Source: an uncultured Bacilli bacterium (GTDB lineage Bacteria > Bacillota_I > Bacilli_A > RF39 > UBA660). From it: a stretch of 64,000 bases of DNA. The stretch spans positions 128,771 to 192,770 of the forward strand of contig CAKONC010000001.1 of the NCBI GenBank assembly GCA_934096985.1, in the 5' to 3' direction. Below are positions 11,660-22,546 of this stretch, piece after piece. Within the stretch, counting starts at the first letter, position 1; each line of letters starts with the position of its first letter. The position numbers and the translations under genes were made by a program. The notes under the pieces were generated by a model, which had not been told where the DNA came from, made no database searches, and saw nothing but the letters and a program-made list of their open reading frames with translations.

Positions 11660-13807
11660 ATGAATAATATAATAATTGAAAATATTGCAAATAATTTAAA
11701 TATAAAGGTATCACAAGTTCAAAAAACTTTAGAACTTTTAAGTGAGGGATGTACAATTCCATTTATTGCTAGATATAGAAAAGAAGCCACGGGTGCACTT
11801 GATGAAGAGCAAATAAGAAAAATAAACGAAGTGTATGATTATGAAAATAAGTTATTAGAACGCAAAGAAAATGTTATAAAACTTATTGATGAAAAAGGGT
11901 TATTAACCGATGAATTAAAAAATAAAATTATGGCTTCGGAAAAACTTGTTGAAGTTGAAGATTTATATAGACCGTTTAAAGAAAAAAAGAAAACTAAAGC
12001 TACAGATGCAATTAATAATGGCCTAGAACCACTTGCAAAAATGATTATGTCTTTTCCAGTTAAAGGAAATATTGAACTTTTAGCAGGAAAGTTTGTAAAT
12101 GATAAAGTTAAAACTATTGATGATGCAGTAACTGGAGCAGGCTACATAATTGCAGAGTATATTTCTGATAATGCTTATTATAGAAAATGGATAAGAAATT
12201 ATATATTTAAAAATGGAACGCTAGTATCTAAAAAGAAAAAAGATGCTGTTGATGAGAAAAAAATTTATGAGATGTATTATGATTTTTCTGAAAGCATAAG
12301 ACTTATTAAGTCATATCGTGTACTTGCAATAAATAGAGCAGAAAAAGAAAAAATAATAACAGTTTCTTTAAATGTTGATAATGATAAAATAATTAGTTTT
12401 TTAGAAGAAAAAATTATTAAAAATAAAGAAAGCTTTGTGGTTAAAATTGTTGAAGATGCAATAAAAGATAGCTATAAAAGGCTTATTTATCCAAGCATTG
12501 AAAGGGAGATTAGAGCAGAACTTTCTGATACAGCAGAATCTGTTGCAATTAAAAACTTTAGTGAAAACTTAAATAATTTGCTTTTAACCCCACCAATAAA
12601 AGATAAGATTGTTTTAGGACTTGATCCTGCATTTAGAACTGGTTGTAAACTTGCAGTATTAAATCCTGTTGGTAAAGTTCTAACAATTGAGAAGATTTAT
12701 CCACATGAACCTGTCAATAAATATGAAGAGGCTAAAATTAAAACTATTGATTTAATAAATAAATATAATGTAGATATTGTTGCTATTGGTAATGGAACTG
12801 CCTCAAGAGAAAGTGAAAGATTTATTATTGATGTTTTAAAAAATGTAAATCATAAAGTTGATTATATAATTGTTAGTGAGGCAGGAGCTTCAGTTTATAG
12901 TGCATCAAAACTTGCCATAAGTGAATTTCCAAATTTAGTTGTTGAGGAAAGAAGTGCAATAAGTATCGGTAGAAGACTTCAAGATGCTTTAGCAGAACTT
13001 GTAAAAATTGATCCAGAAAGTATTGGCGTAGGATTATATCAACATGATGTTAATGATAAAAAACTTTCAGAATCACTTGATTTTGTTGTAACAAAAGTTG
13101 TAAATGATGTTGGAGTAAATATTAATACCGCTAGTTCTTCACTTTTAAAATATGTTTCTGGAATGACAAAGAATTTCATAGATAAAATTATTAATTATCG
13201 TGAAAACAAAGGGAAAATTACTTCTAGGGAAGAAATACTAAAAAATAAGTTATTAAGTGCTAAAGCTTATGAACAAGCAATTGGTTTTATGAGAGTTGAA
13301 GGTGGAACTAACCCGTTTGATACTACAGATATTCATCCAGAAAGTTATGATGTTGCTAAAAAAATTATGGATATTTTAAATATAAGTTATGATGATATAG
13401 GTAAAGAAAGTATTCTGCCAAAACTTGATAATATAAATGAAGATGAATTAGTTAACCAAACAAAAAGTGATATTTATACAGTGCAGGGTATTTTAAATTC
13501 ACTAAAAAAACCCCATAGAGATCCAAGAGATGAAATGCCAAAACCAATTCTTAAAAGTGATATTTTAGAAATAAAAGATTTAAGTATTGGCATGAAAATT
13601 CAAGGAACAGTTCGTAATGTTGTAGACTTTGGAGCATTTGTTGATATTGGACTACATAATGATGGTTTAATACATATTTCTAAAATGAGTAAAAATTATA
13701 TTAAACATCCAAGTGAAATTTTGTCAGTTGGAGACATTGTAGATTGCTATGTAATAGGTATTGATAAAGAAAAAGAGAAAGTAAACCTTTCATTATTTAA
13801 TGATTAA
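11660..13807 (+). CDS. tex: transcription accessory protein Tex (YqgF/RuvC-like, HhH and S1 domains)
   Basis: Full-length Tex architecture ending in an S1 domain 'GMKIQGTVRNVVDFGAFVDIG'. Confidence 0.9.
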   Translation: MNNIIIENIANNLNIKVSQVQKTLELLSEGCTIPFIARYRKEATGALDEEQIRKINEVYDYENKLLERKENVIKLIDEKGLLTDELKNKIMASEKLVEVEDLYRPFKEKKKTKATDAINNGLEPLAKMIMSFPVKGNIELLAGKFVNDKVKTIDDAVTGAGYIIAEYISDNAYYRKWIRNYIFKNGTLVSKKKKDAVDEKKIYEMYYDFSESIRLIKSYRVLAINRAEKEKIITVSLNVDNDKIISFLEEKIIKNKESFVVKIVEDAIKDSYKRLIYPSIEREIRAELSDTAESVAIKNFSENLNNLLLTPPIKDKIVLGLDPAFRTGCKLAVLNPVGKVLTIEKIYPHEPVNKYEEAKIKTIDLINKYNVDIVAIGNGTASRESERFIIDVLKNVNHKVDYIIVSEAGASVYSASKLAISEFPNLVVEERSAISIGRRLQDALAELVKIDPESIGVGLYQHDVNDKKLSESLDFVVTKVVNDVGVNINTASSSLLKYVSGMTKNFIDKIINYRENKGKITSREEILKNKLLSAKAYEQAIGFMRVEGGTNPFDTTDIHPESYDVAKKIMDILNISYDDIGKESILPKLDNINEDELVNQTKSDIYTVQGILNSLKKPHRDPRDEMPKPILKSDILEIKDLSIGMKIQGTVRNVVDFGAFVDIGLHNDGLIHISKMSKNYIKHPSEILSVGDIVDCYVIGIDKEKEKVNLSLFND

Positions 13808-13853
13808 GATAGATAAATTCTATCTTTTTTTCATATAATCTATTGGTGATAGT

Positions 13854-14099
13854 TTGAATATAAAATATGCTTTAGAAAATTTTTTGTATGATAAAGATTT
13901 TTTTATATCAATTTATAGTGGCCATGTATATGTTTATAATTATGATGAAATTGAAATATTAACAAATGACAAAATAGTTTTAAAAATAAATAATTTTAAA
14001 GTAAATGTAATAGGTAGTAATTTAAAAATTGAAAAGTTAAATAAAAAAGAACTTCTTATTGAGGGAATTATTAATAATATAGGAAAAATTTATGACTGA
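13854..14099 (+). CDS. yqfC: sporulation protein YqfC (YabP family)
   Basis: YabP-like beta-rich pattern. Sits immediately upstream of yqfD as in Bacillus. Confidence 0.65.
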   Translation: MNIKYALENFLYDKDFFISIYSGHVYVYNYDEIEILTNDKIVLKINNFKVNVIGSNLKIEKLNKKELLIEGIINNIGKIYD

Positions 14100-15225
14100 T
14101 TATATTTTAATTAAGGGTAGTGGAAAAAGTCTTAATGATGTTACTTTAAAATTAAATAATATAAATGTTGCAATTTATTTATCTTATGAAAAAAATAATC
14201 ATTTTTATTTTAAAATTAAGTATCAAGATTTTGAAAAAATAAATAAATACTATAAATATTTAAATTTTAAAATAGTAAGATATTATGGATTAATATATTA
14301 TAAAAAAATACTAAAGAAATATTATTTGATTTTTTTTAGTATGCTTACAATTTTTTTATTAGTTTTTGCCTCTTCCAATGTTATTGTAGATGTAGAAATT
14401 GATCATGAAAACGAAAAGATAGTAAATTTACTTAAAGAAGAGCTACGTGAGTATGGAATAAGTGCATTTACTTTGAAAAAAAGTTTTAACAAATTAAACG
14501 AAATAAAAGAGAAGATTAAAACAAAATATAATGATAAAATTGATTGGTTAGAAATTAGTAGCAAAGGCATGAAATATATTGTAAAAGTCGAAGAAAAAAT
14601 TATTCCTGAAAAAGAAATTAATCATTCATATTGTGGTATTTATGCTTCAAATGATGGACTTATAAAAAAATTTAAAATATATAAGGGCAATAATTTAATA
14701 AAAATTAATGACTATGTAAAAAAAGGAGATTTACTTGTAAGTGGTGATATTCTTTTAAATGAAAATCAAGTTAATCAGGTTTGTGCAGATGCAAGTGTTT
14801 ATGCAGAAGTTTGGTATAATGTTAGTGTTGATATACCTTTTGAATATTATGAAACAAAGTTTACTAAAAAAAAGAGAAATAATTTTGTATTAAATATTAA
14901 TGATAAAGATTATGTTTTACTAAACGATCGATTAAAAAATTATGAATCTAAAAATAAACTTATATTTGAGGGATTAGGAATTAAACTATATTTAAGAAAA
15001 GACTATGAGGTGAAAAAGAAAAAACTTATTTATAGTGAAGAAGAAATCGTAAAAAAAGGTATTGATTTAGCTAAAGAAAAAATAAATTTAACTTTATCTA
15101 ACGATGAAAGAATTATCGAAGAAAAAGTTTTGCAAAAAACTGCAAATGATAGTACAATGAATATGGATGTGTTTATAGTAGTAGAAAAACAAATTGGCTC
15201 AAAGGTCATTTTAGAGGAGAAATAG
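14092..15225 (+). CDS. yqfD: sporulation protein YqfD (stage IV)
   Basis: 377 aa with a single transmembrane segment. Size and position match the yqfC-yqfD pair. Confidence 0.65.
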   Translation: MTDYILIKGSGKSLNDVTLKLNNINVAIYLSYEKNNHFYFKIKYQDFEKINKYYKYLNFKIVRYYGLIYYKKILKKYYLIFFSMLTIFLLVFASSNVIVDVEIDHENEKIVNLLKEELREYGISAFTLKKSFNKLNEIKEKIKTKYNDKIDWLEISSKGMKYIVKVEEKIIPEKEINHSYCGIYASNDGLIKKFKIYKGNNLIKINDYVKKGDLLVSGDILLNENQVNQVCADASVYAEVWYNVSVDIPFEYYETKFTKKKRNNFVLNINDKDYVLLNDRLKNYESKNKLIFEGLGIKLYLRKDYEVKKKKLIYSEEEIVKKGIDLAKEKINLTLSNDERIIEEKVLQKTANDSTMNMDVFIVVEKQIGSKVILEEK

Positions 15226-15226
15226 T

Positions 15227-15760
15227 GTGATTTATAACGTTTTAAAAAATAGTTTGATTAATATATGGCCATCATTAGTAATTGTTTTAGTAACCGTTTG
15301 CTGCATAAGGTTTGCTTATTTACGCATAAATAAAATCAAGTTTGTTTTATATAAAGAATTATTAATGATGCTTTCACTTGTATATCTACTTCTTTTGTAT
15401 GAACTTGTAACAAGAGTTGATTATAATACTTTAGGAGGATTTAATATTATTCCTTTTACTGAAATTTTAAGATATAAAATTAATAGTGAATTATTTTTAT
15501 TAAATGTTATTGGTAATATTGCCTTATTTATTCCATTTGGTTATATTGTTTCTGTATACATTAAACCTAAAAATATCTTTTATAATTTGTTAATTTCCAT
15601 TATTGTAAGTTCTACGATTGAATTTGTTCAACTTAATATAGGTCGTAGTTTTGATGTTGATGATATTATATTAAATACTATTGGTTGTAGTATTGGTTAT
15701 TTGATTTATATATTTGTTAATAAATTAATGACTTTTTTAAGTGAAAAAACACTTAAATAG
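15227..15760 (+). CDS. VanZ-family membrane protein
   Basis: GTG start. 'NIIPFTEIL...NVIGNIALFIPFGY...SFDVDDIILNTIG' VanZ motifs. Confidence 0.7.
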   Translation: MIYNVLKNSLINIWPSLVIVLVTVCCIRFAYLRINKIKFVLYKELLMMLSLVYLLLLYELVTRVDYNTLGGFNIIPFTEILRYKINSELFLLNVIGNIALFIPFGYIVSVYIKPKNIFYNLLISIIVSSTIEFVQLNIGRSFDVDDIILNTIGCSIGYLIYIFVNKLMTFLSEKTLK

Positions 15761-15812
15761 TTTGATTTGTTAAGTATTATTGGATATAATAGTTGCTAGT
15801 GGGGTATTCTAG

Positions 15813-16259
15813 ATGAATAAATTTGAAATAATAGATTTAGTTAAATATAAAAAATATGGTATTGTTAAAAAAGTTTTAAAAAGAACTTTGAAAATGGAAA
15901 AAGTTAACAATGCATTTTTTTCAGTTGTTTTAGTAGATGAAAAGAAAATTCAAGAAATAAATAAAGAATATCGTAATATTGATAGAGTAACCGATGTTAT
16001 ATCATTTGCTTTTGAAGATAATGATAAACGTAAGTATAATGACATAAGAGTTTTAGGTGAAATATATATATGTATTCCAAGGATGAAAGAGCAGGCAAAA
16101 ATGTATGGTCATAATGAAACTAGAGAGATAGCTTTTTTAGCTGTTCATGGGCTTTTACATTTACTTGGATATGATCACACAAAATCAAAAGAAGAAGAGA
16201 AAATAATGTTTGGAAAACAGGAGTTGGTATTAAATGGATTTAATAAAACGCAAAGGTGA
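15813..16259 (+). CDS. ybeY: rRNA maturation endoribonuclease YbeY
   Basis: 'AVHGLLHLLGYDH' H-x3-H-x5-H motif. Confidence 0.9.
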   Translation: MNKFEIIDLVKYKKYGIVKKVLKRTLKMEKVNNAFFSVVLVDEKKIQEINKEYRNIDRVTDVISFAFEDNDKRKYNDIRVLGEIYICIPRMKEQAKMYGHNETREIAFLAVHGLLHLLGYDHTKSKEEEKIMFGKQELVLNGFNKTQR

Positions 16260-16632
16260 AAAAGTCGGACCAGTTAAAGATGTATTACATAAATTTAAAT
16301 ATTCTTTTCAAGGATTTATTTATTGTTATACTCATGAAACTAGTTTTATATTTGAAACAATTGGTATAGTTGCAATTATTGTATGTGGCATTATTTTCAA
16401 AATCACTTTTATGCAATGGATTTTTGCTTTAATAAGTATGCTTCTTATAATGGAAATTGAATTTTTAAATACCGCTATAGAAGCTACTGTAGATTTAGTA
16501 ACTCAAGAATATCATCCACTTGCAAAAGTAGCAAAAGATTGTGGTTCAGCAGCAACTTGTATGGCAACATTTATGGCAATAATAGTAAATGCAATAATAT
16601 TTTTACCATATATAATAAGCTTATTTAAATAG
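16234..16632 (+). CDS. dgkA: diacylglycerol/undecaprenol kinase
   Basis: 'NTAIEATVD' DgkA motif and three transmembrane segments. Confidence 0.85.
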   Translation: MDLIKRKGEKVGPVKDVLHKFKYSFQGFIYCYTHETSFIFETIGIVAIIVCGIIFKITFMQWIFALISMLLIMEIEFLNTAIEATVDLVTQEYHPLAKVAKDCGSAATCMATFMAIIVNAIIFLPYIISLFK

Positions 16633-16639
16633 GTGAGTT

Positions 16640-17524
16640 ATGAAAAGTGGATTTGTAAGTTTAATAGGAAGACCAAATGTAGGAAAATCAACCTTAATTA
16701 ATTCCTTAATTACTCAAAAAATTGCTATCACATCTGATAAAGCAGGTACAACTAGAAATGTTATTCAAGGTATATATAATGAAAAAGATTATCAAATTGT
16801 GTTTGTGGATACTCCAGGTATTGCTAAACCAATTAATAGACTAGGTAAAATATTAAATAAAAAAGCAAAAGAAATGACTGAGGATGTTGATGCAATACTT
16901 TTTGTTATAGATGGTAAAAAAGGTATTGGCCCTGGAGATAAATATATTTTAAATATTTTAAAAAATGTTGAAATTCCCGTTATTTTAGTTATAAATAAAA
17001 TAGATCAAATATCTGATGAAATACTTCTTTATACAATAAATGAGTATAAAGATTTATATCCTTTTTCTGACATTGTTCCGGTGTCTGCTATGACAAATGA
17101 TAATACAGATAGACTTATTGAAGTAATAAAAAAGTATTTATCTGATGAAGTTAAATATTATGACGATGATATGATTACCTCAAATTCAATGAGCTTTATG
17201 GTATCTGAAATTGTTAGAGAAAAACTTTTAAATGATACAATCGAAGAAGTTCCTCATAGTATTGCTTGCAACTGTGTTGGGTACCATGAAAAAAAAGATG
17301 TAGTAAATATTTTAGTAGATATTATAGTGGATAGAGATTCTATAAAAAAAATAGTTATTGGAAAAAATGGTAGTAGACTTAAAAAAGTTGGCATCGAAGC
17401 TCGAGAAGAAATCGAAAAAATGGTTGGTAAAAAAGTTTATATAGAGCTTTATGTTAAAACTATAAAAAACTGGAAAGATAAAGAAAAGTATTTATTAGAA
17501 TTAGGTTATTTAAATAATGAATAA
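16640..17524 (+). CDS. era: GTPase Era
   Basis: 'GRPNVGKSTL' G1 motif, 'DTPG' motif, and a KH domain at the C-terminus. Confidence 0.9.
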   Translation: MKSGFVSLIGRPNVGKSTLINSLITQKIAITSDKAGTTRNVIQGIYNEKDYQIVFVDTPGIAKPINRLGKILNKKAKEMTEDVDAILFVIDGKKGIGPGDKYILNILKNVEIPVILVINKIDQISDEILLYTINEYKDLYPFSDIVPVSAMTNDNTDRLIEVIKKYLSDEVKYYDDDMITSNSMSFMVSEIVREKLLNDTIEEVPHSIACNCVGYHEKKDVVNILVDIIVDRDSIKKIVIGKNGSRLKKVGIEAREEIEKMVGKKVYIELYVKTIKNWKDKEKYLLELGYLNNE

Positions 17525-17658
17525 AAAAGTAATCTTTTCATCATTATATAATTAGAAAGGGTGAAAAGGTTGACTACGAAAGAGGCTTGGAATAAATTTA
17601 AAACAAGTGGAAAAGTTGAAGATTATTTAAATTATAAAAAAGTTAAAGAAGGAAAATA

Positions 17659-18387
17659 ATGCCACAGGAAGTAGAAGGTTTTATTGTTACAGAAACGCCT
17701 TATGGTGAATCTAGCAAAATAATTAATGTATTAACAAGAGAAAAAGGCCTTATAGGGATAATGTGTAAAGGTGCTAAGAAAATGAAGTCTCCTCTTAGAG
17801 CTTGCACACAAATACTTACCTATGGCGTTTTTAATTTGCAGTATAAAGAAGGTAAACTATCAAATTTAATAAGTGTTGATGTTATAGACCCCTTAGTAAA
17901 TATTCGAACTGATTTAGATAAAATAAGTGTTTCTTTATATTTAACTAAACTTATAACACAAGTAGTTAAGGAAAATAATAATCCAAAAATTTATGATTTA
18001 TTTATCAAAACTATATTAAAAATAGAGGCAAATTTGGACCCTTTAACATTATGTAATATTTTAGAATTAAAACTTTTACCATATTTAGGAGTAGGTTTAA
18101 ATTTAGATAGTTGCATAAGATGTGGTAAAAAAACTAATATTGTTACAATTGACGCATCTTATGGTGGACTTATATGTAAAGATTGCTATCAAAATGAACA
18201 AATAATTGATTTAAAGATAGTAAAACTTATTAGGATGTATTATTATATAGATATAGAGTCAATAAATACAATAAATGTCGATAATAAAATTAAAAAAATT
18301 ATTAATAAGTTTGTTACTGATTATTATGATTCATTTACTGGACTTTATATTGATAAGAAAATGTTAGTTTTTGGAGAGAATAAATGA
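17659..18387 (+). CDS. recO: DNA repair protein RecO
   Basis: OB-fold N-terminus and a C-x2-C...C-x2-C zinc motif. Confidence 0.85.
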   Translation: MPQEVEGFIVTETPYGESSKIINVLTREKGLIGIMCKGAKKMKSPLRACTQILTYGVFNLQYKEGKLSNLISVDVIDPLVNIRTDLDKISVSLYLTKLITQVVKENNNPKIYDLFIKTILKIEANLDPLTLCNILELKLLPYLGVGLNLDSCIRCGKKTNIVTIDASYGGLICKDCYQNEQIIDLKIVKLIRMYYYIDIESINTINVDNKIKKIINKFVTDYYDSFTGLYIDKKMLVFGENK

Positions 18388-19019
18388 CAGATTTAACCTT
18401 ATTTTATGGAACAATGGAAAGTGGTAAGACCACAAAGTTATTACAAGATAATTATAATTATAGAAAACATGGACACAAAGTTTTAATACTTAAGCCTTTA
18501 CTTGATACAAAGGGCGGAGACTATGTAATAAATAGAACTAAAGAAAAAGCTAAAGTTGATATCCTTTTAGATGAAAAAGATTCTATATTTGATGAGAAAT
18601 ATTTATCTCTTATAAAAGGTACTGAGGTTGTTTTAGTGGATGAAGCACAGTTTTTAACAGAAAGACAAATATTTGACTTTTGGATGCTTTCTCATGAGAT
18701 TGGGATTACAGTTATTTGTTATGCTTTAAAAAGTGATTTTAAAGGAAGACTTTTTAAAGGTACGCAAGCCTTAATAGGATATGCGGATAGAAAAAATGAA
18801 TTAACTGTCAATTGTAAATGCGGAGAAACTGCTATATTTAATGCAAGAAAAGTTAATGGCACATTTGTTTATTCTGGTGATGAAGTTGCAATAGATGGAG
18901 TTGACGATGTAAGTTATGTACCACTTTGCAGTGAGTGTTATTTTAAAGAAGTTATAAGTAAAAAAGAAAAGAACATGATTAATAAATATAAAAGCCTTTT
19001 ATCAGTAGAAAACAAATAA
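18384..19019 (+). CDS. tdk: thymidine kinase
   Basis: 'GTMESGKTT' P-loop and a C-terminal zinc ribbon. Confidence 0.85.
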   Translation: MTDLTLFYGTMESGKTTKLLQDNYNYRKHGHKVLILKPLLDTKGGDYVINRTKEKAKVDILLDEKDSIFDEKYLSLIKGTEVVLVDEAQFLTERQIFDFWMLSHEIGITVICYALKSDFKGRLFKGTQALIGYADRKNELTVNCKCGETAIFNARKVNGTFVYSGDEVAIDGVDDVSYVPLCSECYFKEVISKKEKNMINKYKSLLSVENK

Positions 19020-19021
19020 AT

Positions 19022-19170
19022 TGTTGCCAAAATAGGTAAAACAGATTATAATACAAATATAAAAGCAATGAGGGGCTTGGCAACCCGGAGCTATATAAAT
19101 TTTAAAAGTGATTCCTTTGGGAATAATTAGGGTGGAACCGCGGAAAAAAATTCGTCCCTAAATTATTTTT
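19022..19170 (+). promoter_or_regulatory. T-box riboswitch leader (glycine-specific) for glyQS
   Basis: Conserved T-box 'AATTAGGGTGGAACCGCGG' at 19135-19153. Its UGGA pairs with the UCCA end of tRNA-Gly. Overlapping terminator helix plus a T-run. Long-range stem GTTGCCAA/TTGGCAAC at 19023-19084. Confidence 0.65.
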
Positions 19171-19201
19171 GAAGGGATTTTTTTATTTATTAGGAGGATG
19201 T

Positions 19202-20581
19202 ATGGAAAAATTAACTATGGAAAAACTTACGAATTATTGTAAGAATTATGGATTTATATTTCAAGGTAGTGAAATATATGGAGGACTTGCAAATTCTTGG
19301 GATTTTGGACCACTTGGTGCAGAATTAAAAAGAAATATAAAAAATGCTTGGCTTAAAAAGTTTGTTGAAGAAGATGAAAATAATGTTTCTTTAGATAGTT
19401 CAATTTTAATGAATCCTAAAGTATGGGAAGCATCAGGACATTTGAAAACTTTTGCAGACCCTCTTATAGATTGTAAACATTGCAAAACTAGATATAGAGC
19501 AGATAAATTAATTGAAGATTATACAAATGGAAAAGAAACAGGTGATGGTTGGAACAATGAAAAATTAATTGAATTTATTAAAGAAAATAAAATTACTTGT
19601 CCAAAATGTGGAAAAAGTGATTTTACTGATATAAGACAATTTAATTTAATGTTCAAAACATTCCAAGGTGTTACTGAAGAAGCTAAAAGTACAATTTATT
19701 TAAGACCTGAAACAGCTCAAGGAATCTTTGTAAATTTCTTAAATGTACAAAGAAGCATGAGATTAAAAGTACCATTTGGAATTGGCCAAGTTGGAAAAAG
19801 CTTTAGAAATGAAATAACTCCGGGAAACTTTATTTTTAGAGTAAGAGAATTTGAACAAATGGAACTTGAATTTTTCTGTAAACCAGGTACAGAACTTGAA
19901 TGGTTTAAAATATATAAAGAAAGATGTTTTAACTTCTTAAAAGATTTAGGTATTAAAGAAGAAAATCTACGTATGCGTGATCATACAAAAGAAGAACTTT
20001 GTTTTTACTCAAATGCTACGACTGACATTGAATATAATTTTCCATTTGGTTTTGGAGAACTTTGGGGAATTGCCTCAAGGACCGATTATGATTTAACTCA
20101 ACACGAAAAGTTTTCTTCAGAAAATTTAAAATATTTAGATCCGGATACTAATGAAAAATATATTCCTTATGTTATAGAGCCTTCTGTAGGTGTTGAAAGA
20201 TTATTTTTAACAATACTTTGTGATGCTTATAATGAAGAGGCTTTAGATGACGGCACAAGTAGAGAAGTACTTAAAATTCATCCATATTTAGCACCTGTAA
20301 AAGTAGCTATTTTACCTTTAGTTAAAAAATTTCATAGTGAAAAAGCTAGAGAAATATATAGAGCTTTATCTAAAAATTTTGCTTGTTCATTTGATGAAAC
20401 AGGAAATATTGGTAAACGTTATAGAAGAGCTGATGCTATAGGAACTCCATTTGCTATAACTATTGATGATGATACTTTAAATAATAATACAGTTACGTTA
20501 AGAGACCGTGATACAATGAAACAAATAGTGATAAGTTTAGATGATATTACATCTTACGTAAATGAAAAAATTAAATTTTAG
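19202..20581 (+). CDS. glyQS: glycyl-tRNA synthetase (single-chain, class II)
   Basis: AGGAGG RBS. '[14 protein letters not shown]' and an anticodon-binding C-terminal domain. Confidence 0.9.
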   Translation: MEKLTMEKLTNYCKNYGFIFQGSEIYGGLANSWDFGPLGAELKRNIKNAWLKKFVEEDENNVSLDSSILMNPKVWEASGHLKTFADPLIDCKHCKTRYRADKLIEDYTNGKETGDGWNNEKLIEFIKENKITCPKCGKSDFTDIRQFNLMFKTFQGVTEEAKSTIYLRPETAQGIFVNFLNVQRSMRLKVPFGIGQVGKSFRNEITPGNFIFRVREFEQMELEFFCKPGTELEWFKIYKERCFNFLKDLGIKEENLRMRDHTKEELCFYSNATTDIEYNFPFGFGELWGIASRTDYDLTQHEKFSSENLKYLDPDTNEKYIPYVIEPSVGVERLFLTILCDAYNEEALDDGTSREVLKIHPYLAPVKVAILPLVKKFHSEKAREIYRALSKNFACSFDETGNIGKRYRRADAIGTPFAITIDDDTLNNNTVTLRDRDTMKQIVISLDDITSYVNEKIKF

Positions 20582-20597
20582 AAAGGGAAAAATTTTT

Positions 20598-22034
20598 ATG
20601 AATAATAAAATGACAGAAAAAATTACTCCAAGGGATGGAAACTTTGCACAATGGTATACAGATGTTGTAAAAGTTGCAAAACTTTGTGATTATACTGATG
20701 TTAAAGGGTGTATGATTTATTTACCTAATGGTCAAGCAATTTGGGAAAATATTCAAAATAATATGGACAAAATGTTTAAAGAAACAGGCGTTCAAAATGT
20801 ATACCTTCCAATGTTAATTCCAGAAAGTTTACTTCAAAAAGAAAAAGACCATATAGCTGGTTTTGCACCAGAAGTTGCATGGGTTACAATAGGTGGTAAT
20901 GAACCTTTAGAAGAAAAAATGTGTATAAGACCTACAAGTGAAACATTATTTTGTAATTATTGGCAAAAGGAAGTTAAATCTTATAGAGATTTACCAAAAA
21001 TATATAATCAATGGTGCTCAGTTTTGCGTTGGGAAAAAACTACTAGACCATATTTAAGAAGTCGTGAATTTTTATGGCAAGAAGGTCATACAATTCATTC
21101 AACTAGTAAAGAAGCAATGGATAGAACTTTGCAAATGCTTGATATATATACCAAATTTAGTAGAGATTATTTAGCTATTCCAATGGTTACTGGAGAAAAA
21201 ACTCCTTCGGAAAAGTTTGCAGGTGCAGAAAATACTTATACTATGGAAGCAATGATGCATGATGGAAAAGCACTTCAATCTGGTACAACTCACTATTTCG
21301 GTCAAAGCTTTGCAGATGCTTTTAATATCAAATTTTTAAATAAAGAAAATAAATTAGAAACAGTTTATGAAACATCTTGGGGAACATCTACAAGATTAAT
21401 TGGTGCTCTTATTATGGTTCATGGTGATGATAATGGCTTAGTTCTTCCACCAAAAATTGCTCCAGTGCAAGTAGTAATTGTTCCAATTGCATCACATAAA
21501 GAGGGTGTAATGGAAAGTACAAATGAAATCTATGAAGATTTAAAAAATGCTGGTGTTAGGGTAAAAATTGATGATAGTGATAAAACTCCAGGATTTAAAT
21601 TTAATGAAAGTGAAGTTCAAGGAATCCCACTTCGAATTGAAGTTGGCCCAAGAGATTTAGAAAATGGAGAAGTTACTTTAGCAATAAGGTTTACTCATGA
21701 AAAAGAAACGATTAAACTTGAAAATATTGTAAGTAATGTTATTCAAAAACTTGAAACTATTCAAAATGGTATGCTTGAAAAAGCCACTGAATTTGTTTCA
21801 TCTCATATTTATGAAGCAAAAAATATGGATGAAATGATAAATATAGCAAATACTAAAGAAGGTTTTATTAAAGCTGATTGGTGTGGAAGTGAGGAATGTG
21901 AAGATAAAATTAAGGAACTTACGGGAGGTGCTGGAAGTAGATGCATTCCATTTGATGAAAAGTTAATAACAGGAAAATGTATTTGTTGTGGCAAAGATGC
22001 TAAACATAATGTAATTTGGGGCAAATCATACTAA
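20598..22034 (+). CDS. proS: prolyl-tRNA synthetase, archaeal/eukaryotic-type
   Basis: About 480 aa ProRS lacking the bacterial insertion domain, with a C-terminal zinc-binding Cys cluster. Starts 16 nt after the glyQS stop. Confidence 0.85.
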   Translation: MNNKMTEKITPRDGNFAQWYTDVVKVAKLCDYTDVKGCMIYLPNGQAIWENIQNNMDKMFKETGVQNVYLPMLIPESLLQKEKDHIAGFAPEVAWVTIGGNEPLEEKMCIRPTSETLFCNYWQKEVKSYRDLPKIYNQWCSVLRWEKTTRPYLRSREFLWQEGHTIHSTSKEAMDRTLQMLDIYTKFSRDYLAIPMVTGEKTPSEKFAGAENTYTMEAMMHDGKALQSGTTHYFGQSFADAFNIKFLNKENKLETVYETSWGTSTRLIGALIMVHGDDNGLVLPPKIAPVQVVIVPIASHKEGVMESTNEIYEDLKNAGVRVKIDDSDKTPGFKFNESEVQGIPLRIEVGPRDLENGEVTLAIRFTHEKETIKLENIVSNVIQKLETIQNGMLEKATEFVSSHIYEAKNMDEMINIANTKEGFIKADWCGSEECEDKIKELTGGAGSRCIPFDEKLITGKCICCGKDAKHNVIWGKSY

Positions 22035-22062
22035 AAAATATTAAAAAAATCTATTTTGGCAG

Positions 22063-22088
22063 TCTATTGCATAATAGATTTTTTTTTA
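22063..22088 (+). terminator. rho-independent terminator of the glyQS-proS operon
   Basis: TCTATT-gcat-AATAGA hairpin followed by T9. Confidence 0.6.
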
Positions 22089-22122
22089 GTATAATTAAAT
22101 GGATACTAGGAGGCAAATATAT

Positions 22123-22533
22123 ATGGGCTTTAAATTAAAAAAATTGTTTGTTGATAATGATGATGATGTAATGCAAAATGTTAGTGAAGATGAATTTTAT
22201 ACAATAAGTAAAGATGATGCAATGAAGGAAGCAGATAAAGTTGGAAATAAAATGATATTATTAGAACCAAGAGCTTATTCTGAATCTCAACAAATCGCAG
22301 ATCATCTTAAAAATCGTAATTCTGTAGTGGTAAATTTAAAAAGGGTAACAGCAGAGCAAGCTAAAAGGATTATTGATTTTTTAAGTGGTTGTATTTATTC
22401 AATTGGTGGGTCTATGCAAAAAATTGGTGTTGGAATATATTTATGTACGCCAAAAAATGTTAATGTTCAAGGAAAAATAACTGACGAAGCTGATAAAAAA
22501 GAAAAAGAAGAATCTGAAGAAATAGATTGGTAA
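22123..22533 (+). CDS. sepF: cell division protein SepF
   Basis: 'LLEPRAYSESQQIADHLKNRNSVVVNL...IDFLSGCIYSIGGSMQKIG' SepF core. AGGAGG RBS. Confidence 0.85.
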   Translation: MGFKLKKLFVDNDDDVMQNVSEDEFYTISKDDAMKEADKVGNKMILLEPRAYSESQQIADHLKNRNSVVVNLKRVTAEQAKRIIDFLSGCIYSIGGSMQKIGVGIYLCTPKNVNVQGKITDEADKKEKEESEEIDW

Positions 22534-22546
22534 AGGGGTCTAAACC

